Shown here piece after piece: positions 54,213 through 64,000 of a DNA stretch of 64,000 nucleotides (position 1 is the stretch's first letter; each line of letters begins with the position of its first letter). The stretch is taken from NCBI GenBank assembly GCA_951406725.2, contig OX597829.1, forward strand, positions 12,462,001 to 12,526,000. Reading direction: 5' to 3'. The notes under the pieces were generated by a model. That model did not search any database, had not been told where the DNA came from, and saw nothing but the letters and a program-made list of their open reading frames with translations. The stretch comes from Octopus vulgaris. Taxonomy: Eukaryota. The translations under genes were made by a program, and so were the position numbers.

Positions 54213-54601
54213 ATGAAGAAAAAAAATGCATTCTAATTGATGTATCAATACCGGCAGATGACAACGTGTCTCTAAAAGAAATGGAGAAACTCTCAAAATA
54301 CAAAGACCTGGAAATAGAGGTAACTAGAATGTGGAACCTGAAAACAGAAACAATTCCTATCATAGTAGGTGCATTAGGCATGATAAAAAAATATTCAGAC
54401 AAATACATAACAAAAACACCAGGACTTTCAAACACATATAACATACAGAAAATTGCACTACTAGGCACTGCACACATCCTACGCAGAACACTTTCCATAC
54501 AATAACCATCAGAGCATCACAACAAATCACAGCACATACCCAAGGCACACAGAGCTGCGCTCGGTAGTGAAGTGAAAGCACGCTATAAAATAAAACTACT
54601 G
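54213..54601 (+). mobile_element. R4/Dong lineage C 3' fragment
   Basis: Same RLE C-terminus and 3' UTR; its 5' ~27 nt are duplicated at ~54174-54200. Confidence 0.92.
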
Positions 54602-54619
54602 AATAATAATAATAATAAT

Positions 54620-54686
<67 letters not shown>

Positions 54687-54689
<3 letters not shown>

Positions 54690-54784
54690 CACATATCGTC
54701 AGCCACTAAAGACATGCACAATTTGTTAAAGTCAAACAACTGACAAGCAAATTTGTGGTATTGAGCAAAATATTTGCTGTAGCC
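54687..54784 (-). mobile_element. Inverted internal fragment of the (AAT)n-targeted non-coding retroposon (copy 6)
   Basis: Reverse complement of ggctacagcaaatatt...gtggctgacgatatgtgcat. Confidence 0.85.
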
Positions 54785-54789
54785 AAGAT

Positions 54790-57080
54790 GTTTTTTCAGA
54801 TTAGGTTATATTGAACTAATGCTCCGATGATAATTGTTTCCTTAGTTTGGGTTTCGATTTCAAGAGAAGTTTGAGGCACTTGAAATATGCAGTGGTGATC
54901 TTGTCTTTCATTTCTCTGTGCAAGATATTGTACAGCTCCAGGATCCCAAAGTACTTGTACCCATGAACATCCAGTCTTCCATGCTCTCTCCGTTTGGCAA
55001 TTCTATACCCATACAGTTTACTCTTTTACTCCGCTTCAAATTAAGCACCGCACAGTTCGAGATCACGAATTCCATCCATGTAACATTACTGCACATTTTC
55101 ACAGTCTCAACCAGCCTCTCCATTTCAGGCTCTGTTTTCGCGAACAGTTTTAAATCATTCATAAAGAGAAGGTGGTTGAGGCTAGGTTAGTTCTTTCTCA
55201 TAGTGCACGTTGATTTTACGTAGGACTACAGGAAGTGGGATCAAGGCTATAATAAATACCAGAGGTGAAGAAGAGTCGCATTGGAAGATACCCCTTATGA
55301 TTGTTACTTCGGCTAATTGCTGGTTGTTTCAGAAAAGACGTGTTTTCCAACTAGGCATAATGTTCTGAATACAACTAGACATACACGTTCTGAGCTATTC
55401 CACACATGTCGAGTGTTTCCAAAATCCACGAATGCAGCAATATGTCGTAAGCCTTTTTAAAGTCTATCCAGGCCATACAAAAGTTTTTGTTGGGATACCG
55501 TTTGCAGTTGTTCATTACATCCTTGTCTATCACAAGGTGGTCCTTTGTGCTCTTGGATCCTTTTCGGCATCCCTTTTGTTCTACTGGCAGAAGATTGTTT
55601 TCTGCAAGGAACGTATATATTTTCCCTGCGAGGGTACCTGTTAATAATTTCCATAGGGGGTTAAGACAAGAAATGGGTCAGTAATTGCCAACCTCATTGC
55701 TCTTTGACCGATCGTTCATCAACAATGTTGTTCTTCTCTTTACCATCCACTCCGGAACTGTAACGCTCTGTAGGCAATCGTCTAATTGCAACGCAATTCT
55801 CTAGTGTATTGGCCTAAACTACTTGAGCCAGTAGCCTTGAATTTCCTCTTGTCCTGCTGCTTTCCAGTTAGCCAGTTTTGAAACCTTTGCAATGAAATCT
55901 CCCTTTGTTATGCGCGCATTGTCCTGGCGTGGAGCTTCTGAGTGATGGAGTTCGGATCTCACAGGATGAATCCACTCAACTCTGTGGTTGTGCGAAACTT
56001 CTTGCCCCCTGTTGTTATTCCAAAATTCGCGTCCGTCTGCTTCGGGAGGTATATTATCTTCCTTGTTTCCTCCTAAGCTCTTCAAAAACTGCCTCTGGTT
56101 ATTTGAAAATAATCGGTTTTGCTGAAACAACTGCGATATGTGTTGCACCTTTAATATTTTAGCCCGCACACGTTGTTTTAGGGTTTCGATGACAGTTTTG
56201 AATCCTTTCTTTTCTATTTGGTATTTCGCATCAAGCTATTCCCTTGCACTTCCTTTTCCATTTTTCCATTGCCCTTTTGACCACTTTTCTATGCGGCTCA
56301 GATCAGCTTCAATTCTCCGCTTCCACGATGGTTCCTTCTGTCCGTCTACTTTTCTCTCTTTCTTTCCAACCAGTTGAACTTCTAAAATTGAAGCGGATCT
56401 GATCAACTCCTTTGTTTCCGTTAGATCTTTTGTCAGAATGTGTTTCAGAATCTCATCAACGTTTTGGGTCGCGCGTTTTACATTGTTACGGTCGAAGCTT
56501 CTTAGATTCACCGGCCTTGTCTCTGCTGTAGTAATTATTATATCTTCGAGTCTTTTCCTTAGGTTTCTCTGTCCCTTAGTCATATCCTCTCTTATTTTAG
56601 GATTTTCTACATTATATAAATTCACCTTGCCTACACATTCGCTGATCTTCATCTACATTATTCTACTCGAGATTCTCACCACTACAGAGGATTTTCCTGT
56701 TAGTGTGGAAGCCTTTATAATTGCAGTTATTTGATTTCATGCTGTTCTTTTTTCCTGTATTATACCTATTTGTTCACTGGGTGGAGAGGGTGTCAAACTT
56801 TGGTGTTTTTCGTTTCCGTATTATACATTTTGATCTTTTATGTTTACATATTTCATTAATATTCTTAATTTTTTTTCTGCAAATACACATATGCACCCGT
56901 CCCTCGCACTCCAATCGCACCCGGCCTGCCACTAGGCCACCCTGCTTTTCTACTGTTCCACTGTTCAAACCAGCCAGCCGAGGAGCTGCCACGTCGACAA
57001 ACCACCCCGACTGCCCGCCGTTCAGCCACCTTACTGCATCTTACCAATTCTTTATTTTCCCTCACCCCTCTCTATTAGCT
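54790..57080 (-). mobile_element. R4/Dong lineage E, N-terminus and RT, 3'-truncated, old
   Basis: ENKELVRC; KEPSWKRRIE; NWKAAG..IQGYWLK; RGIFQCDSSSPL; NHLLFMNDLKLF. Confidence 0.88.
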
Positions 57081-57119
57081 TTATGTTCTGTCAAATATTG
57101 TTTCCGTTTAATTCATTGC

Positions 57120-57952
57120 AGCATTAAATAGATGCTTTCCTAAAACACATAAATACTACCATTTATTCAACAAACACAGTGAAATTATCGTGTGCAACAT
57201 CTCACAACATGGAGTACTACATACACAAATACAACAACCAGAAATTGAACACACAAACAACGTCTACTGGTAGAGAACAAGCAAATCAAAACTACACAGA
57301 ATTTAACAAGAATAACCAAAATAAACAACAGATAGACTGCAAAATCTCACAGAGCATAAAAGATGGTGACAATATAGTTGAAATATATAATCCAAAATGA
57401 TCCAACAAAACATATTACCGATTAAACAAAGCCCCAGGTACTACAAATCAAACGGAACATCATGAAAACAGAATCAAAAAGACACCAGATAAACATAAGA
57501 ATAATAATACGATTAAATGCACATGCCGTAGAAAATCCGCATGTCTGCTCCAAAACCAATGTACTCGAAAAGACATAGTATATAAATGCATAATATACAC
57601 ATCTCAACATAATTACGTGTACATAGGTGCCACTGAAAACCAATTCAAAGTCCGTTATTGAAACCACATCTCGTCATTACGAAAACTAACGAGACCGTAC
57701 ACGACCTCGCTGGCAGACCTCATATAGGGACTGAAAGAATAAAAAGTTAAATACCAAATAGAATGGTCAAACATAAAAAGAATAAAAAATGCACATCCAT
57801 GTACTTCACTCTGCGGCAAATGTGACCTTTGCCTTGAGGAAGCACTGAGTATTCTACTGAGTAATGAAAATCTAGGGAATAAACATAATGAAAAAATTCC
57901 AAGATGTAACCTCCGTGCCAAATATGCATTTTCCAGATGGAGCAGTGTATAA
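57120..57952 (+). mobile_element. Penelope-like element 3' part (GIY-YIG), Naiad-type
   Basis: FPKTHKYYHLFNKH; CTCRRKSAC (CxCx5C); DIVYKC..YVYIGATENQFKVRY*NH; KCDLCLEE. Confidence 0.85.
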
Positions 57953-58793
57953 ATTATATTTATTATTATTCTGTCTTGCTAAGCCCATATTTTACAGCCT
58001 TCACGTATGTATAGGAGTGTATTTATGATGGAGCGTTCAGCGATATAACTATGTAGAAATAACTATGTACAGGGAAATGAGTAGCTAAATGTGTAAGCGT
58101 TTATGTACAGATGTGAATGTGTTTATTGATATGTAGGTGAGTATATGTATATTTGTGTACATCTGAATATATTTACATATATTATATATATATGCATATA
58201 TGTGTGTACATGTCTGCGTGTGAATGTGTGTGTGTGTGTATGTGTGTATGTATGGAAACACTCAGTAATGTACTGTATATCGGTGTGTAAGTGATTGTAT
58301 AAGTATGAGCTAATGGACGAGTGTGTTTGACATAATAATACAGTTTGGCATGTGCAGAATAACATGTTGAAGCAGAATAAATAAACAGACAACGTGCACA
58401 CTGCAGCTCATGTCGAACGTGATAACACACTCATACCGAGAGAATTGAAACCGTCAGCGTTTGTTAGTTTCAAAGAAGAAGCCATGGATGTTGTAGCGTG
58501 GAAATCTAAATTTCCTTATGGAGACAGCAACTGAGTATCGCCTGGGGAGATACATATAGACCTTCTTCTACAGGTGAATCGTTAAATGATTTAATTTAAA
58601 CTTAACTTTAAATCCTGTATATACGAGGATCTGAATGTATCGAAACATTTGTAGCGATTAGAAAGTTGCCTAACTGTACTTACTCTTCTTTTTTACTCTT
58701 TTACTTTGACAAAAATGTGTGTGTACGTGTGTGTTCCCGCGTACATGTATGTATATGTCTACATGTGTGCACGGACAAACTCACATATAAATA

Positions 58794-58842
<49 letters not shown>

Positions 58843-59799
58843 AAACATTCAGATGAATACGAAATAATTGAATAGGAAGGAACAAAAACAAATTCTATCA
58901 TTTTACTCTCGAACTTTCTGGCCCTATTTGTCTTCTATTGGATCCGAATGAAACGATAGCTTGAGGAAGAAAAATTGTATGACCCAACGCCGAGCTGTCA
59001 ATTTTGCGTGTTATCTTGTCAATTCAGTTCGCTGTCCCATTCGATTTGTCCCGCAAATGGGACATGGAGGGGAGACGATGTCTATTAATGAAAGACAATC
59101 ATTTTCGTTAACATCTGCATAAGAAAGCGGGGAAAAAAATCTGTTTCCACAGAGACGAGCCTGCAATAAATGTTGTGGTTTTTGTAATTGTTTCTGTTGT
59201 TTTTATTGAATGCATCACGTTTTAACGACGCTCGAGTTGGGTCTGTCAGCATCTCCTTAATTGGTCGCAGTACGGCACGAATCTCTATTTAGGTATATTT
59301 AGTTTTCTCATATATATATGTTGACTGTGACGCCTTAACAGACGCTCAAACTCGCAAACTGGAATGGAGATTATTTTTGTGATCCAGCCTTCCATAGACA
59401 TCACGTAATTTTCTCTTATCGCAATCTCTATTTTATCCTCATCGTTTCATCTTACATTACTGCTGCTTTTTCATCATCATCAACATTATCATCATCATAG
59501 TCGTCGTCGTCGTCATCATCATCCTCATCATCACCACCAGCACTACCATTACTATTTCAACCACCATCACCACCACCATCATAATAATCATCATCGTCGA
59601 CCACCACCACCACCACCGTCATCATCATCATCATCGTCGTCATGGTCATCGTGATGGTCATCATCATCATCATCAGCAGCAGCAGCACCGACAGTTGCTG
59701 CAGTAAGAGCATCACCAAGAACAAATCAGCAGCTGCACTCTTATTTATTTCGTCCTCTTTTTCTTCATCACTTCTATCAACATCATCCTTTTCTTATTT

Positions 59800-59864
<65 letters not shown>

Positions 59865-60051
59865 TTCTTTATTCTCTTTTTTCTTTTCCTTTATGAACAA
59901 TTTCACTTTCTTCGATTTCGTTTCCTTCCCTTCCCCTCACTACTTTTCTTTTTCTCCTTTCTTTCATTTTCTAACAATTTAACGTGCTCATCTTTGTGAG
60001 ATCTCTTGGAAACTTCGCAATTCTTTGCTTCAAATGCATTCTTTCTAGCAG

Positions 60052-60135
60052 ACATGGTAACATTAATGGACGTGAGGGAGAGAACTACGACTGGGCAATG
60101 GATGGAAGAGGGTGACGATGAGAAGTATTGGTTGG
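60052..60135 (+). CDS. Candidate 84-nt phase-1/phase-1 host exon resembling the start of an Eph receptor ligand-binding domain
   Basis: Pyrimidine-rich acceptor ttctttctagcag and donor G|gtgaga. The only open frame is (D)MVTLMDVRERTTTGQWMEEGDDEKYWL, with TLMDxRxxTxxxxW spacing as in EphB-type TLMDTRTATAELGW. Confidence 0.4.
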
Positions 60136-60414
60136 GTGAGAAAATATTAGAGATAACAGATACGTGCGTGTCTGCACGTTATTCTGTTGGTTCAGATTAT
60201 CCTTTGTGTGCGTCTGAAGAATTATCGACATTGTGCATGTGTGTATACATGCATCTATGTATGTATCTGTGTGCATTTATGTATATATGTATGCATACAT
60301 ACATACCTACATATATATAAGCACACGCATACATATATGCCTGTATGTAAATATGTATGCATTTATGGTTGAATGTATGTGTATGTATGAGTGTATGTCT
60401 TACCCTTTATCTTT

Positions 60415-60580
60415 ATCTCTTACTTGTTTCAGTCATTAGACTGAGGTCAAACTGGGGCACCGCCTTGAAATTTTACTCGAACTAATCGAACCTAGTATAT
60501 TTTGTAAAATCTGGTACCCATTCCATCCGTAGTTATTGCCGAACTGCTAGATTACGGGAACGTAAACATACGATCACCGT
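60415..60580 (-). mobile_element. SINE family 1 tail, diverged
   Basis: ttacttgtttcagtcattagactg; gcaccgcctt; ttgccgaactgctag. Confidence 0.75.
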
Positions 60581-60704
60581 TTGTTATGGGACCGTGTGAG
60601 ACACTCAAAGACACAAAGACACACACACACATAGAAACATACATAGAGGCAGACATAAATACGCACACACACACACACAAACACAAACACACATATATAT
60701 ACAT

Positions 60705-60740
<36 letters not shown>

Positions 60741-60808
60741 CTATATATATACCTGTGCGCGTGTGTATGTGTGTGTATGCATATATGAACTTCTAAATGT
60801 ATACATGC

Positions 60809-60850
<42 letters not shown>

Positions 60851-61697
60851 TTACACACATACATACGCTCTTTCTCATACGAACACACACAAGCATATGA
60901 ACATACATATATGTACAAATATTTAGTGCATGTATGAGTCTATGTCATGTGTTTATATGTACGAGTGTATGATCACGTAATATATAGCATAAATTTATTT
61001 TGACCCTTACATACAAATGAATTACTGCGCGTGTTCATTTGCACAGATGAGTTAAGTGCGTGTATGCATGTGCGCGCATGCCCGTGTGTGTATGTTTAAG
61101 GATTAGCCGCTAACGATATCACCCCCTGCACCAGGCTCACTGTGGTATGTTATGCATATGGCCATGGTTTGTGATAGTCTGTGTTAGACGAGGTTAAATT
61201 TAGGAAGTTCGTCCTACTTACAGACTTAATAATAAGTACGGTGCATGTGTGAGTGTGTTGGTGAGAGTTATTGAGGTTCGTGGCAGATGTATGGGGCGTT
61301 GATTAGTGATGATGCAAATGTCAAGGGTTATTGTGGTGAAAATTTGATGAAGACTGCAACAAGGAAGGCTTCTCTGTATATTTGTTTTATTTCTTTATCT
61401 CGTTTCAATTTAGAAATATGGCTGCCAATGCTTCTCAATCTCAGAGGTTATGTAGGAGTTGAAATGTATGAAAATTTAAGTGACTTCGCTCAGAAAAATC
61501 AAGTGGATGTAGGGTAAAGAGAAATGAGAAATGAGAAATAAACAAATAAAGAAAGACAAGTGATCTTTAAAGTCACTCGTTCGGAGACGCGCTTATAATG
61601 TGAGAACAATGAATTGGACTGAGGAATGAACTACAATTTATGGAACAACAACAGTAGTAACACCATCGACATCAGCAACAAAAACAACATCAACAAT

Positions 61698-61904
61698 GAT
61701 TTCAAATTTTGGCATAAAGCCAGCAATTCCGAAGAGTGGGTAAAATCGATTATAATGACTCCAGTGCTTAACCTATAATTATTTTATCGACCCCGAAACG
61801 GATGTGAAGCAAAGTCGACCTCAGCGGAATTTGAACTTAGAACGTAAAGAGGAGCGAAATGCCACCAAGCATTTTCCCGACGTACTAAGTTATGTTAGCT
61901 CACC

Positions 61905-61905
<1 letters not shown>
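61698..61905 (-). mobile_element. SINE family 2
   Basis: ttcaaattttggca; ttttatcgaccccgaaa; aaagtcgacctcagcggaatttgaact. Confidence 0.8.
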
Positions 61906-61963
<58 letters not shown>

Positions 61964-62014
61964 ATAAATAATAACAACAACAACAACAACAACAACAATA
62001 ATAATAATAATAAA

Positions 62015-62058
<44 letters not shown>

Positions 62059-62068
62059 CGACGACGAC

Positions 62069-62100
<32 letters not shown>

Positions 62101-62160
62101 TGATGAAGATGATGATGATGATGATGATGGTGATGGTGATGGTGATGGTGATGATGATGT

Positions 62161-62299
<139 letters not shown>

Positions 62300-62853
62300 C
62301 CCCTGATGCAGTACCAGGCACTGACTCTCGTGGCTTCTGATCTTAACTGATTGGAAGTGTTATCGTGTATATTGTTTTGTCTTGGTATAAATGATGGGCT
62401 ACAGCAAATATTCTGCTCAATACCACAGATTTGCTTGTCAGTTGTTTGACCTTAACCAGTTGAGCATGTCCGTTAGTGGCTGACGATATGTGCATCTCTG
62501 ATCACGAGCAGAAGTTGTGGGGGAGCATCATAGCCGTGTGTTGAGAGGGATTCTTTGGGGTTTGAATAATTCACCTCTAGAAACATGGGTGTTTCGTTCA
62601 ACATACTTAAACAACCCTTATTCAGGGACCTTTTGAGCGGGATGGGTTACTCGACCAGAAGAAAATTCTAACTGGGCCCCACCTGCAAGGTCATGTGCTG
62701 TTTATCTTGATATGAGATCACCATGTCGCGCACATATGGTTGTGATGCATGTGCCTAGTGTACCCTTATCAGACGGGTAGTCATGATGGGTATCCTGGGC
62801 TTCCTATATTTTACCCCAGTGTCACTTTGATGGCATGCAATACTCTCTCACTC
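62300..62853 (+). mobile_element. (AAT)n-targeted non-coding retroposon, copy 7 (full length, 554 nt)
   Basis: ccctgatgcagtaccaggc...ctctctcactc, with (AAT)n on both sides and the same 5' start as copy 4. Confidence 0.93.

Positions 62854-64000
<1,147 letters not shown>

Noticed and set aside
56900-57045. HDV-like ribozyme candidate on the minus strand (agc-tcctcg-gct) near the 5' part of R4 lineage E
   Set aside because: P1 has a mismatch, the GG for P1.1 and the J4/2 motif are missing, and it lies downstream of the start of the protein-like sequence.
62300-62853. Telomerase RNA, 7SK, RNase P/MRP or hammerhead identity for the 550-nt element
   Set aside because: No telomeric template and no P4 motifs; GATC-GATC occurs only in a short hairpin; CTGATGC lacks A9 and a matching GAAA.

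Overview
AT-rich, microsatellite-dense eukaryotic DNA made almost entirely of retrotransposon debris. The SINE families and repeat style suggest an octopus/cephalopod genome (inference). No intact host gene is visible; one 84-nt candidate exon (60052-60135) resembles the start of an Eph-receptor ligand-binding domain. The left half (1-33 kb) holds decayed RTE, CR1-like, L1/Tx1 and Penelope-like (PLE; Naiad-type and CCHH-type) elements, tRNA-derived SINEs, a fold-back MITE and several hammerhead ribozyme (HHR) motifs. One of these is a 336-bp tandem repeat with one type I HHR per unit, a retrozyme-like arrangement. The right half (33.8-64 kb) is a hotspot of R4/Dong-clade (RT + CCHC + restriction-like endonuclease, RLE) non-LTR elements from about six lineages, stacked head-to-tail in (AAT)n microsatellites. 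Interspersed with them is a ~550-nt, highly structured, non-coding element with no tRNA head. It has seven copies in the window, uses the same target and register, and is the best candidate for an undescribed R4/Dong-dependent non-autonomous retroposon. Most ORF-track entries are microsatellite artefacts. All calls come from reading the sequence by eye; no searches were run.
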